Origin: Lama guanicoe
Taxonomy: Eukaryota
Direction of reading: 5' to 3'
DNA: 64,000 nucleotides
Assembly: GCA_013239625.1 (NCBI GenBank)
Contig: MU053881.1
Location: 15,120,373 to 15,184,372 of the forward strand
A program made the position numbers and the translations under genes. Under the pieces are notes generated by a model. The model made no database searches, was not told the origin of the DNA, and saw only the letters and a program-made list of their open reading frames with translations. Positions 40,657 through 54,344 of the stretch are shown here, one piece after another (position 1 is the first letter of the stretch; every line of letters begins with the position of its first letter).

Positions 40657-41151
40657 TGTCTATATCAGGGTTCTCCAGAGAAACAGAATCAACAGGAGTG
40701 AGTGTGAGAGACTTACTTTAAAGAATTGGGTCTTGTAGTCGTAGGGACTGGCAAGTCCAAAATCTTCAGGGCAGGCTGGCAGGCTGGAGACCCAGGGAAG
40801 AGCTGATGTTGTATCTGTGTGAAGGTAGAATTCCTCCTTTTTCTAGAGGATCTTGGTCTTTTTTTTTTTTTTTTTTTTTCCCTTAAGCCCNNNNNNNNNN
40901 NNNNNNNNNNNNNNNNNNNNNNNNNNNNNNNNNNNNNNNTTGGTCTTTTTTTTTTTTTCTTCCCTTTACAGCCTTCAACTGATTGGACAGGGCCGACCCA
41001 CATTATGGAGGATAATCTGCTTTACTCAGTCTACCGATTTAAATGTTAATCTCATCTAAAAAATGTCTTCACTGCAAAATCTAGGCTGATATTTGACAAA
41101 CAACTGGGTTTCATGGCCTAGCCAAGTTGACACATAAAATTAACCATCACA
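40657..41151 (-). mobile_element. MLT2 (ERVL) solo LTR containing an assembly gap
   Basis: Reverse strand starts TGTGATGGTTAATTTTATGTGTCAACTTGGCTAGGCC and ends TCTGTTTCTCTGGAGAACCCTGA. It appears to sit inside older L1MC-like sequence. Confidence 0.85.
40891..40939. other. Assembly gap (49 N)
   Basis: Run of N characters. Confidence 1.
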
Positions 41152-42856
41152 CTACTGATGGAAGCATGTAAATAAATTAGTGGGAAAAGAGAGGGCTCCT
41201 GAGCATAGTGGAATGCTGAGGCTGGATAGGAACTGCGTTTTACAGTCACCGCTGTGAAGCTGTGGATGGTGGGCCTGGCTGAACCTGTGAATACAGAGCA
41301 GGCATCTGTTGTGAGCTGCGCTGAGAGAAGGTAGACTGAGCAGGTTGGCCCTGCCTGGGTGATCAGAGTTACCAGTCCCATGAGGGCAGACAGACCCCTT
41401 GGAGGTGGGGGGAATGTGCCGCAGAGGACAACAGATATCTCCAGGCATGCAGCTGGAGCACAGTGTGGTTCATCACACCAGGCAGACCCAAAATGCAACG
41501 TGCTCTAGTAAAGATAGGAGGGGGCTGTATCATCCAAACATGCCAGTGTCCTAAATGTCAAAGAACAGCCGAGAAGCCTCCAGATTAAAGGTGGTTGATG
41601 AGACGGGGCAGCTCAGTGCTGTGTGCTGTTCTCCCCACTATGGGGAGAGCAGTGTGAGGTCACCACCAAGCCGGGGGCAACGTGGAGGGTAGACAGTAGT
41701 GCAAAGTGTCCCATTGATAATGAACATAGTAAAGCTGGTGGCTGTCATGTGCCTTACTCCCAGGAAACACACTGAGCATTCAGGGGTAAAATGCAATGAT
41801 GTCTGCAGCTTTCTTTCTAATGGTTCAGGGAGGCAAGTGTGTGCACCTAACTCTGTATGTAATGGTGTGTGTGGGGCAGAGAGAACCCACACACTTGGGG
41901 ATTGGTGGGAAAAATTTAACAGCAAGTCAGCGTGGGGTTTAAAGGTATTCAGGTGTTCGTGCTGTTGCAACTTTTCTTTGAGTTTGGAATTAATTCCAGA
42001 TCATGTCTAGGAGAGATGTCCAGGCAGGGGGGGCATTTATTCCCTGCTCTCACCTGCCACATAGTGTGGTCAGGGCCCGCTCACGTCTCCTCTCTGCAGG
42101 TGTCTGAACCCTGACTTGGGTGACCTAGTACCAGACCATCAGCCCTAGAGACCAGCAGTGATGAGACATCCTCCCTCCTCCTGAGACTCACCTTCAGGTG
42201 GGGAGAGACCAGCCCAGCACTTTAGTCAGGAAGATGCCCTCAGCTGGTGGCAGGGGTCTTAGTGAGTGTGCCCTGCCAGAAGCCCTTCTGAGGAAACCTT
42301 GGTTGAGGAGTCAGCCAGGAGGAATGCCTTGGACAGTAGCACAGGGGTTGCAAGTGCTTGGTCTGAGTATCATAAAGAGGATCACTGAGGGCCTCCAGGG
42401 CTTCAGGGTGCAACTTGACAGATGCTTGTAAGAGTCCTGGAGGGACTCTTCTCGCTTACATCTGTACTCTGTTCTTACCCGGATTCACAGTTGGTTCAGC
42501 AGAACTTCAGCTGCCTCCTGGTTTCTGGGACACATCACCTTTAGGCAAATATACAGTGCTTATCTTGTCACTTTGAGCTGAAATCAGTTGCTTTTGTTTT
42601 TAGGCAGGTGACAAGAAGATGTTCTGTAGAAAGGTGGCTGATGGTTTCAGACTTCTGGCTCATTGGCACTTTCAGGGCGAGGCTCTCCTCCGGCAGACTG
42701 GTTAATGAAAGCAGATCTGCAAAGACAGGAGTGACCTGTGCAGCTCTGGCCCAGGATGCTGGCCAGCCCGTTGAGGATGGTGACAGGAGCGTCCAGAGCA
42801 GCATGACCCCATTGATGCTGAAGGAAAGACAGTGAGGGGAAATGAGACATCCTTAA

Positions 42857-42870
42857 GCAGTAGAGGGCGC
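42857..42870 (+). promoter_or_regulatory. Candidate CTCF site
   Basis: GCAGTAGAGGGCGC matches the CCASYAGRKGGCRS core at 13 of 14 positions. Confidence 0.35.
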
Positions 42871-45800
42871 ACTGCCTCCTTATTTGGGGGTCAGTTCTGG
42901 GTTCGGGTATGTGCTCTGCTGCTTTCTGAGCTGGTGACTTTGGGCAAAGCTGCTGGCTCCCCTGAGCCCCAGTTTCCTCATCCTCTTGAAGGTGGTCGTT
43001 AAAATGTGTGGCTTTGTCCACAGGAGGTCCTCACAGTCAGGCTCTTGAGGGCCGGCGAGTGCCAAGCCCCTGGCAGAACACATACGCCTCCCACCCTGAG
43101 AGAGACCAGCATTTCTGCCCTGCCTGCTCTGCAGGAGAAACCCAGTTTGGTGACATTTCTCTTTGGGCTTTTTGCTCTGAGGGGAGGGCATCTTTCTGGG
43201 GAGCAGTCAGTTGTTGGATCTTGGGGGACACCTATGCATGACGTAACCCAAGAATAGGGCTGATCTTTCTGTGTGATGAGAGCCAGGTGGCAGCTGATGT
43301 GCATGGAGAGGCAGCCTGGGCTGAACTTCACTCACTGCTCACCTGCCGGGGGCTCTCAGGCACATTTCTCAGAACTCCATGGAAGGCGGAGGGTGGTTAA
43401 GGCTACCAAGCCTATAGGTCCTCTCCAGTTGGCTCATCAGTGCTCAGAAGGGACCGTGCTCACCACCTAGCAGGCGCAGCAGACAGAGTGCCCATCGAGG
43501 GGTAGGCCTGAAGCCAATGGCTGGGATTACAGCTGGATGGTCTGCTGGGCCCTGCCCCCCTGTGCTCCAGTGGCTCTTTAGTGTCCAGAGTCTGAAAGTC
43601 CAAGTTGTTCCCAAGAAGGTCTATTCTGTTTGTCTGGGTGATAGAGGATCTTGTTCCCGAAGACTGACACCTATTGGAGGCCAAGTGAGGATCGGAAGGG
43701 ACCAGACCAATCCGTTCCTGGCTCTGTTAGTGATGAAACCTGAGCGCCTGACAGCCACATGGGTCCTCATTGTGGAGATGCTCTTTGGGTGCAGGACTCA
43801 GGGCAATGTTTGGTCCCAGGGCCACGCTGTGGGTCTAGCACAGCTCGGCCTCAGCCAGATCAGGTTCTGTTTCTCAAAAGTTAAAAATGTGCTGATTTCA
43901 TACAGCCTGCTTTGTGTCAGACCCAGTGAGGGTGAGGACTTCCTTGGGACATGCAGCTAGTGACTAGGGGCCCATATCTGAGCCAGCCACCTGGCTATTC
44001 CAGGCTCTGTCCCCAAACTGCAGGCTGCCCTCAAGCCCAGCTCCATGCTCATCGCCCACCTGTGCCTCCAGGAAAAGGAAGACCATGGGCTGAACTCTGC
44101 CGGGTTGGCTTTCTGAGGCCTTGCTGCCCAGCACACTCACCTCACACGTGTTTGTCACATTTATTCTGCTCTTCTCCTGCCCCCTACATTTGAGGGCAGG
44201 CTGAGCCCTGGGCCTCATCAGTGCCCACCTCCTGGTGTCAGCAGTGGCATATTGCCAGTGACCAAGGGACCTGTGGATGGGTCCCAAGCCCTAGGCAGTC
44301 TTTTCTCAGATTTTGATGCTTCTTTGAGACTTTTAAAGTTTTCTAGCTTAAAATCTCCGAGCTGCTAGAATGAGAGAGATTACCCAGCTCTTTGGGGAGG
44401 TTGGCTTGTCCAGACGTTTCTCCAAGCCTCCAGGATGTCTCTGGAGCTCTCTGGAGGGATATCCCTGGGGGTCCGTCGCTCTGTTGTCCAAGGCCACGTC
44501 TCTGAACTGACACTGTGGTAGAGGCAGCCTTCACCACCCAGCTGCTCGAGAGCTGGTTCTCTCAGAGGCAGTTGTTCTTCCCTGGGACCCCAGCTAATGA
44601 GTGGTGAGGTGTTGTGGCAGGATGTACTCTGTATTCCTGGGCATTTAGGATTTATTCCAGTGCAACAATGAAAGTGGAAGAGGGTTTGAGCATGGCCTGG
44701 AGCTGACCCCTGAGGTTGGTCAAAGGCTAGTGGAGTGGAGAGGTGCCTGGACTTGGAGTGCCTGAGGTGACACAGTGGGATGAATACCAGGTGAGCTAGG
44801 CTAGGGAAGGTGGTCCCTGACCTGGCAGCTCCTAGGTTGCAGGTCACTTGTCTGTGTGAGAAGGAGGTGCAGGAGAGTGACCCTGCCATGGGTACTAGCT
44901 GGAGGCCACGGGGTGGGGTGGAGGAATCACCCCAAAGGGAAGAGAAAGCCAAGTTCTTAGCCATTGCTTTTATTTGCCTGTGATTTGTATCTGCATCTCC
45001 TGGGACAGGTTTGTGGTGCTTTGCAGGAACAGGTGATGAGGTAGGAATGTGAGCTGAGCCTGGTGCTGAGATGCAGAGCATCTGGGCAGCCGGCATCCTG
45101 GGCTGTTCCCTGGATGACCCAGGCAATCTAGGTCATGCCCTTAGCTTCCTCCATGGGAAGAGTCTCTCCTCAGCACCGCTGTCTCAGGGGTCGGGGGGTT
45201 GTCATGTTGCCCCCCGGCCATGGGTGGAGGATAGGTTTTGGCAGAGTGAAGTTCAGTGCCTGTTGTGAGTTTTAGCGAGCAATTAAAAAGAAAAACAAAA
45301 AAACCCCACCTAAGGCTCATACCCCTGGTGAGACATGTCAAAAGAGCATTGGTGCAGGATGCCCATGTGCTTTCTTGCCCATTTGCCATGGGGACAGGGG
45401 GCTGAGTCCAGCATGTGGACCTGGTCCCTCTGCAGGCTGTGCTCAGTGCTGCAGGCTGTGTGCACTGGGGGCGTGCATCAGGTACTGACGTGGGGCTGCT
45501 GCTTAATTTTTCTATTTGAGGAAAGGCAGATGGAAAAGATGAAATGATAATGAAGCAAAGGTGTTGAAAAAAGGGCCCGGTGCAGGCGTGAGTTGCACAG
45601 CTCAGAGAGGTGGCAGGGGTTGGTGGCTCACGACAGCCGTGCTTCCCTGGAGGCAAGCCTGGGATGTGCTGTTGGCAGCTGTGGATGGAACAGAGCTCAG
45701 CAGAATAGAAGCACTTTAACGTGAAGAATTGTTTAGCAAATGTTTATCTCATCCTATTACCGTGGGGTCATGTGCGTTTCATAAAGAGTTTGGATAAATT

Positions 45801-46699
45801 GTGAAATTGGTATATGATCTAATGGGTCAGTGACCGAGCACGAGCTATGTGGGGAACCCAGGGCTGGTCCTTCTGTGAGGTTGGGATCAGTTCTGCTGGT
45901 GGAGTGGGGACCCCAGCCCTGCCCTGGGACCTCCAGCAGCCTTGTCCCATCTCTGTACCTCATTTTTCCTCAGTTGTAACAACAGGAACCCTGATATCTG
46001 AGTAGTTGAAGATGGGAGTGGATTTTGTGATGGAGGCTGGCTGTCTTCAATAACACAAGTCATCTTGAACACAAGTTCAATTTGACTGTGATTTCCATGG
46101 AGAACCAGTGCCCAGTAAGTCCATACAGCCCCCATCCAGTCAGGGCTTAGATGCCCCGCACCCCCCAGCATCTGAGCATAGCACATGCCAGACCCTGCCC
46201 TGCAAGTCCTTTTTCTCTGCCTATACACTGATGTCCCTTGTCCTCTGACTTGCCCAGTGCCCCGTCTGTAGATGTACTGCTTTGGGCACCTGGAGTGGTC
46301 ATGTCTGCTGACACACAAGGGACACAGCGGACTAGGCAGGGATGTGGTCTTGGTTCCACATAGCCCAGGCCCAACTTTAGCTTTATCAGTGTGTGAGCTG
46401 TCAAGCAGCGTGTGCTGCAGCTCAGGGTGAGGCGCAGGTGTCAGGGGCCAGGAGGACACTACCTGCCCACCCCACAAGGGCTGTGAACCTGGAACCCGAC
46501 AATGTCTGCAAACCCTGCAGCATCTGGGTGGTCAACACCCAGGGAGTGTCCATATTCGTGTCCAGAGAGCAGGCAGATGTAGGAATCTGAGAGACCCTTC
46601 ATTGGGACAGGGGTTGGGCTGATGCTGGACTTGGCAGTTTCCTAAAGCTTCTTTTTGGGGAGAGGAGAGGGAAGTTGGTAAGAATTGAGATTTTCATAA

Positions 46700-48080
46700 A
46701 ATAGAACTATTTTTAAAAAGATAGGGGGAGATAGCTGTGACACCAAAGAGCAAGCCCCATAAGATAAAAAATTGATGTTCCACCTCACCAGAATTAAGAA
46801 CTACTTTTTGAAGGACACTGTTAAGAGAATGAAAAGACAAGCCATGGACTGGGAGAGAATCTTTGCAAAACTCATCTGATAAAGTTCTTGTATTTGGAAT
46901 ATATGAAGAACTCTCAAAACACAATATTAAGAAGATGACCCAGTTTTTAAAAATACATCCAAAATTTGTATAACTTCACCCCAAATATATAAGGATGGCA
47001 GATTAGTCCATGAGAAGATTCTTCACATCATTAGTCATTAGGGAAATGCAAGTTGAAATCATGAGATACCACTTCACGCCTATGAGAATGGCTAAAATAA
47101 AAAACCTGACAATACTAAATCCTGACATGGATGGGGAGCAGCTAGAACTCTCCTTCATTGTTGGTGAAAATGCAAAATTGTGCAGCCACTCTGAAATACA
47201 GTCTGGCTGTTTCTCGTGAAGTGAAGCATGCATTTACTGTAGGACCCAGCAGTCTTACTCCTGGGAGTTTATCAGAAATGAAAACTCATGTCCACACAAA
47301 AACCTGCATGTGAATGTTTATAGCAGTTGATTCATTAGCTTTCACTGGAAATGACCCCAGTGTCCTTCGGTCTGCAAATGGTTGAACAGACTGTATAATA
47401 TGGTGGTTTAATACTCAGCAGTAAAAAGGAATGAACTTTGGTGACAGCAACATGGATGTATCTCAAAGACATTATGCTAAGTATTATGTGATCATCTGAA
47501 TTGGGGCCCCCAATACATGTCCAGGTCTTAACCCCTGGAGCCTGTGAATGTGACCTTATATGGAGAAAAGGACTTTGCAAATGGGATTAAGTTAAGGAAG
47601 TTGATATGGAATTATCCTGGATTATCTGGATGGGCCCTAAAAGTGATCACAAGTGACCTAATAGGAGAGAGGCAGAGAGAGATTTAACACAGACAGAAGA
47701 AGAGAAGGCGATGTGACTACAGAGGCAGAGGCCTTGGAGTGATGTGGCCACAAGCCAAGGAACACGTGGAGCTCCCAGAAGCTGAAAGAGGCAAGGAAGG
47801 ATCCTCCCCAAGAGCCTCCAGAGGGAGCACAGCCCTGCCAACAGCTTGATTTTCAGCCTAAAGATACTACTGATTGCAGACTTCTGGGCTCCAGGACCCA
47901 GAGAATACATTTCTGTTTTAAGCTACCAAGTTTGTGGTGATTTGTTGCACAGGGACAGGAAACTAACGGTATGATTCCATTTATGTGACCTTTGAGAAAA
48001 GGTGCATCTGTAGGGACAGAACACAGATTGGAAATCCCTAGGGTTGAGGGGAAAATTGGAGTACAGGCAGGCACGTGGGA
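46700..48080 (+). mobile_element. Old L1 3' fragment split by an MLT1 LTR
   Basis: AAGAGAATGAAAAGACAAGCC..CATTAGTCATTAGGGAAATGCAA..ATGAGATACCACTTCAC; L1 sequence resumes at TATGATTCCATTTATG after the LTR. Confidence 0.85.
47487..47969 (+). mobile_element. MLT1C/D-type solo LTR nested in L1
   Basis: CCTGTGAATGTGACCTTATATGG..GACTTTGCAAATGGGATTAAG..GCCACAAGCCAAGGAA..GAGGCAAGGAAGGATCCTCCCC..AGGAAACTAAC. Confidence 0.85.
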
Positions 48081-49694
48081 ATTCCAGCAGAAAGGAGGGT
48101 GACCTGTCTAGCTCTAGCTGTGTTAATTTGCTGACCCAAGAAGAGCAAACAAAAAAGGTGTCGGGGCCAGTTTTAGCTGATTTGTATCTGTTTTTCTAAT
48201 CCTCTAGATTTTTAAAAAATTTTTCCCTAAGCTTTCTGTGCACGTCCACGGCTTTAAATAGAAATACTTGCTGTGCTGGCCACCATGTGGGTCCTCATTT
48301 ACACCTGACTCATGGCCTTTATGTGTCCCTTCACATAATAATGAATAGTGCTGCCATTCTCCTCCTGGCCAAGGGGAGGGGCTGCTGGCCCGCCACGCCC
48401 TTGCTCTGCTGTGACCTCATCAAGTTAGTGTAGAACCTCTGTGTGTCTGCCTGGGTTTCCCAGCTCAGCCCTGAGCTGGCCATGCCCACTGAACTAATCT
48501 GGGCTTGTGGCCTAGGCCTTTCTCCCTGCCTGTGGTTCACAGAAATCGCCCCTCATGGTCCCAGAAACTGTCTAAACTCTCCACGGCCTCAGCATCCCAC
48601 TTGGAACCTGCCAGGAAGTTGCAAGGAGAATTCCTGAAAGGCGTTTCCCAATCTTCTGTGCTTTACTGGAAATTGGGGGACAGTTGCCAGGAGGTCGGCA
48701 GCCAGGCCTTTTCTGGGGACTTAACCTCTCCCTTTGCTGGCCACACACTGCTCTGGAGAGGTTGGATCCCAGCTCTGCAAGATCGGCTCATAGGCTTCAT
48801 TTGTGCTTTGTAGAATCAGAAAGACAAACTCTTTACGGAGGAGCAGAAGCCTTCCCTTCCGTCATTTTCCACAGGCACCTCTGCGTTATGGGGGTTTCAG
48901 GCCACAGGGAGCATGCTGCCCAGGCGCAGATGATACTGTACACAGTGGGCACTTCAGGATGCTCCCCAGGCTCAGCTAATGGCAGGCATCCCGGGTCTGT
49001 GTCCAGGTCTGCCCTATTCTCAGTGGTCCTTCCACCTCCCCTGGCTCCATCCCTCTCCCCAGATGATGCACCGGCTCTGCGCTCACCATCCTCACCCCCT
49101 GTCCATCTGTGTGCCCAGGGTTGGGGGTGTCTTGTACTTGCCCACATTTTATTTTAAACCTTTCACATGGGAATGTTCATGGGTGGATGGGACAGATGAG
49201 AGTAACGATTGTCCCCTTGCTGTCACTCAATCTCACCCTCTGAGCTTTGACCCATCTTGCCTCCACTCTTCCTTGTGCCCCCATCATCCCCCTGTTTTTG
49301 TTTGCTTGGTTTTGCTGGAGCATTTTTAGAACAACCCCAAATATCTTTTCATTTCACCTGAGGCTTTTTCAATGACTGTGTTGAATGTCAGCAGATGCAG
49401 ACTTGTGTTTTTTAGACGTAGCCTCTGTGCAGCTCCGTGAGAGTGCTCAAGGCCCGGCCCCAGCCCCCTTGCTGGCTGTCTCTGCAGGTTCCTCACTGTG
49501 AGTAGGACCAGTGGCGGCCACACAGAGCCATGCGCGACATTCATGTCAAGTCTGTGGTCATTTATAGCATTCCGCTCCTCTTCCCCTTTAGCCATTCATC
49601 TGTTGAAGAAACCAGTTCATTGGTCCTGTGGAATTTCCCACTTTCTGCTCTGACAATTATTGTCCTCATTGCTTTCTGCCTGGCAGCGTTTAGC

Positions 49695-49872
49695 TCAGGG
49701 CTTCTCGGCCTTGGCTCCGCTGGCGTCACTCTGTGGTGGGACCATCCTGTGCACCGTGGTGTGTTGGGCAGAGTCCCTGGCCTCCACCCCTGGCGACCAA
49801 GCCACAACATCCAAAAATGTGTCCGGACATCGCCAGTGTCCTCTGAGGCAGAATCACCCAGTTGAGAACCAC
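49695..49872. mobile_element. MER20 hAT-Charlie element
   Basis: TCCTGTGCACCGTGGTGTGTTGGGCAGAGTCCCTGGCCTCCACCC..AAAAATGTGTCCGGACATCGCCAGTGTCCTCTG..GTTGAGAACCAC. Confidence 0.8.
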
Positions 49873-51369
49873 AAGTGTAACTCGATGCCTTACCCACTGC
49901 ACTTCCTATAAACTGGTTGCTAGACCTAGAGGTGGATTTCATAAGCCACTTCCTGTTGTTTCATCCTCGACGTGCTCTTCTCTATGGGGAGAGATAAGGG
50001 GATTTCAGCCACTGCAAGGTTCCTCCTTGTCCTCACCCCATCTTAGGGAAGAGGGGTCTCAGGCCAGTGTTCACTCCTTCTCCCTCAGGAACGCCTGTTC
50101 CCCTGACCGCTTCTGTCCTGTGCCCGCCCCATTTTTTTCTTACAGATATCAACATCTTCATTACACGGATTTCCTCATCCAAGTTATGTCCTCCTGTTGA
50201 GGGGCTACCTGGGGGCCGAGTGACTGCAGGGCGTGGACGCCCAGGCCCGGCTCTGTTTGAGGCCTCCCTGCTGCCCACCCCTGCCAGGCCTCCCAGCTCA
50301 GCCCTGGGCTCTCAGCTAAAGCACGGCACAAGCAGTGACACTTGTCTCAAGAGGCTCCTGGTCTCATCTTCAGTGCACCGCTAACAGGAGATGCCATTCT
50401 GCTACTCAGGGGCCTGACAGGGCCAGCGTGGGGTTGGTGGCCTGCAGCTCAGGAGGCACTGCCCTGCGCAGCTTGGCCTCAGAGGAAGGGGTGCCCTGTG
50501 AGCCTACATTGTGAGCAACACGAGCCCTCAAGAGGGTCTGAGGAGACTAAGCACGTCGTGTGTGATGTTGCCTGCCTGAAGTGTAGCCCACACAAGTACC
50601 AAGTGTGACGAGCATGGAGAGTTGTGTTGTGCCTGGGGAGCATCCTGGGAAGTTACATTACCTGGTGACTTGCTAGTCACAGCTGGGGACCGACCCAAAA
50701 GCTGCCAAGGAGACAGAGAAGTGGACAGTGCCCTCGCTGATCTATTAGGCCCTCCTGGTCCCCAGACAGGTAGACGAGGTAGCAGGGTGGCGGGGTACCC
50801 CTAACAAGTGGTGTATCCCTGACCCTGTGGGCAGACAGCCCCTGCAGGGAGCAGCCGGCCAGAAGGCAGGGAAGGACCATGTGCATGGTGAGCCCATGCA
50901 CTGCCAGGGCACCCCAATTGCTGAGGGCCAGGCCAGGCCAGGTGGGTCTAGAGGGCAGTCCTCGCTGCCTGCAGTCCAGCTCAGTTCTCTGCTTCATGTC
51001 CCTCACCACTCACACTGTACCTCTTACTTATTCCTTTCATGTGCAGTCACGGCTACGTGGTGTTCTGTGTCCAGCTGTCTCACTCTGCATGCCATGTTCT
51101 GTGAGGCATGGCCTGGGACCCTCGGGGCTCAGAAAGTACCCCCTGAGTGCAGTACAACCAGGACAGGGATGCACATTCATCACATCCAGCAGGCAAATGT
51201 CTGTCTGTTCCATGCCCTTAGAGCTGAGGTGTGGGGAGGTCAGGGTCAGCTCTGGCGCTAGAAGGCCAAGCCCTCCCAGTTAACCTCCTGCAGTGGGTCA
51301 GACAGTGTTGAGACCCTAGGACAGTCTGCTCCCCTCTCCCCCTCCTCATCCTTGCACCTCGCTGCCACC

Positions 51370-52530
51370 CATTTAGTGCTGCACATCCAAACCCTGTGTT
51401 TCATTATTGTTATTTATGCCTTAAACTGTCAGTTATCTTTTAGAGAAACATAATGAGAAAAAGGTTTCATATTCATACATGTTCACCTTAACTCGTCACT
51501 CTTTGTCCTTTATGCAGATCTACCTGTCCAACTGGTGTTACTTTCCCTCCTAAGGAACTTCTAGAACCTTCCATGTAATACAGATCTGTTACTAGCAGGT
51601 TCTCTCAGCCTTTGAACAAGTCTTTGTCACCTTCTCTTTTCACTGAATGTGAAATTCTAGGTTGACAGTGTTCTTTCCTCAATATTTTAAAGATGTCCTT
51701 CCATGATCTCTGATCTTGTTTCTAACACTTGGTCTCTTGAGTCTTATCTTTGCTTCTCTGTTTGTGGTGCCTCAAACAGCAGCTGCACTGATTTGCTTAC
51801 ATTGTGCTCCAGCCTGGTTCTTTGTTTCCTGCTGGAGCTTCTTAGATCTGTGGATTTATAGTATTCATCACATTTAGGAATTTGGGGACATTATTTCTTT
51901 GGGATTCCAATTATACATGTATTGGATTTCTTAGTACTCGCCCACATTTCACCAAAGCTTGTCATCAGATTCACTGATCTTTTCTTCCACAGTGTCTAAT
52001 TTTAATCCTGCCCAGTGAGTTTTTCATCCAGATACTTCATTTCTCAGCTCAAGAAGTTCCATGTGGCTCTCCTTTGTTACTGCATATTCCTCTTCTCATC
52101 AGTTCAAGTTTCCCTTTAAACCCTTGAATATTTTAAATAGTTGCTTTAAATATTTAGAATAGTTGCTCTAAAGTGGACCCTTTGTCTGGTAATTCCATCA
52201 TGTCTGTCCTTTCTGAGTTTGTTTCCATTGACTGATTTTTCTCCTGGGTTAAGGGTCACATTTTCCTGCAGCTTTCACATGTCTGGAGGTTTGAGGTTTT
52301 GCATGCTGAGTGTTGTAGATTCCATGGGATTGTGTGCTGGATTTTGTTATCTCTTCTTGAAGCATGTTAGTTCTGCAGGCTGCTGGCTGCTGGCTGCTGG
52401 CAAGCAGTTTGGTTAACAGTGGATCAGCTCACCCTGGGGAAGCTTATTTTTGAGATTTCTTATTAAGGGGAATAGAAGAGAAGCCTTTACCTGAGGACTA
52501 GTTTAGTTCCACTGTTGAATAGGGTACAGA
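51370..52530 (-). mobile_element. Old L1 fragment
   Basis: T-rich antisense L1M-like text: AATTCTAGGTTGACAG, TTAAAGATG, GCTTCTTAGATCTGTGG, GATTCCAATTATACATGTATT. Confidence 0.55.
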
Positions 52531-54344
52531 AAGGATGCCTCTGGGCTGGCTGTGTATGGCATCTTCCAGCCCATGTTCCTGGACTTGGGGCCCCACCTTG
52601 GGGAGAGTCCTAGAGTCTTCCTGGGCAGCAGCTTGAGGTTCTGTGCAGGCCCCAGGAGCAGCCCCTCTGCACTGCCCCTGCCTTCATGGGCCTCTGCCCA
52701 CATTGACCAGTTCCTTCAGGCTCCCTTGGCCATTTTCCGTTCTTTCAGGCATCTCTGGCCAGTGCTGCCTGCATTTGAAAGCATTGTTGAGTGTTTTGTC
52801 CAGCACCCTAGTTGTCGCCAGTGAGCGCTTGTCTGATTCCAGGTAGTCTGTTTGGCCCTGATGTAGGCACTTGCTTGTGAAGGAACCAAGAGGATTCTAT
52901 GGGACAGCTTTCTATCTGTCCATTCACCTTTCCATCCATCTAGCCTTGGCTCAGGTGGCCTTCCAGTAGTGGAAAGGCCAGCCCCTTCTAAGTGGAGTGG
53001 GGGACATGAATCACTGGCCTGAACATCAAAATCTCCAGACAGAAGGCTGGAGGTGACTGCAGCAGATCTGGCTGTGTCCTCCTGGGGTCAGCCTACAAGT
53101 CCCTGAAGGGCTCAGAGAAAGGAGGCTACCAGTGTGTGTACCACCCAGAGCAGAGAACCTGCACCTTGGAGGTGGTAGGTGGGGTTAAATCCTGGCTCCT
53201 TGTGGGTTTGGGTGAGTCACTTGATTCTCTGTGATACTTGAGGTTTGTGGTGGAGTTTAGCGATAATAAGCCTAAGATGAAGCTCTCAGCCCATGGCCTG
53301 CACAGTGTGTTCCTAGATACTGTGTTCCCTGGTCCCGTGGTGTCCCCTCCATCCTCCTCAGGATGGCTCTGGGTCCCGAGCCTTCATCAACCATGGAAGC
53401 TATCAAGGGAAATGCAGGTGTGCTCTTTCCCGGGGATTCTGGATGTTTGGCTTTCGATGTGCGCTGCCTGCAGGAGTTTAGAAGTTGCTGGCCTGGGGCC
53501 TTGTGGCTGCTCTGCCCAAGTTTCCCTAGAGCCTTTGTGGACAGCCAGCATCAGACCAGCAGGCCTTCCTGTGCTGCCCGGCATGCAGTGCTGCTGCTAC
53601 AGACAGCCCCGCAGCCACTCCTCCCACCAACCCACTGGCCACCCACCAGAGTCAGGCGCAGGCCTCTGATGGGTGGGGCTTGTGTCCTGAATGCACCCAG
53701 TGGACACCCGACAACCCCCAAGTGAGGGTCCCCATTGGCGCCCACCATAGCTTGCTGGTCAGAGCAGAAAGAAGCCCAGATGGTCCTCTGCCTTGTTCAA
53801 CAGCAGAGGAAGGAAGTGGGGCCATGTCCCCAGGTGCTGAGAGCCACTTCTGTCAATGTGACCTACCCATGCATCAGGGTTTCCAGAGGGGCCCACAGCA
53901 CTCAAGGTTCCCCTCAGCCTGCCTGTCTCGCTCAGAACCTGACTCAGGGAAGGGAGAGAGCTGGTGAGTTATCCTGCAGCCAACTTTGTTCCAGTAGGTT
54001 CTAAGAGGTGGCAGGGCTGAAAGCACTGTGAGTCATTCAAATGAAATGTATCTGCTTCACAGTAAACACCTGCGAACTGGTAGGATGCTGTCTGCCCTGT
54101 GCTGATGCCGGGCAGGGTGGCTTTGCCTCAGCATTGTCTTTGCTGTGTACTTGTCTTCGGTTTCCCTTCCAGCCACTTTACATCACCTTGCACTGAACAT
54201 AGTTAACAGGTGGGAGTCTCTCCCCTGCCTGTTCAGGAGTTCTCCATATATTCAGGTGATGGTGCTCAAAGTCCACGGGAGGCTTCAGAGAAAGACCCTT
54301 CTGCGCCTGAGGGCAGGGCATTCTGCAGGTGCCGTTTACAGCCC

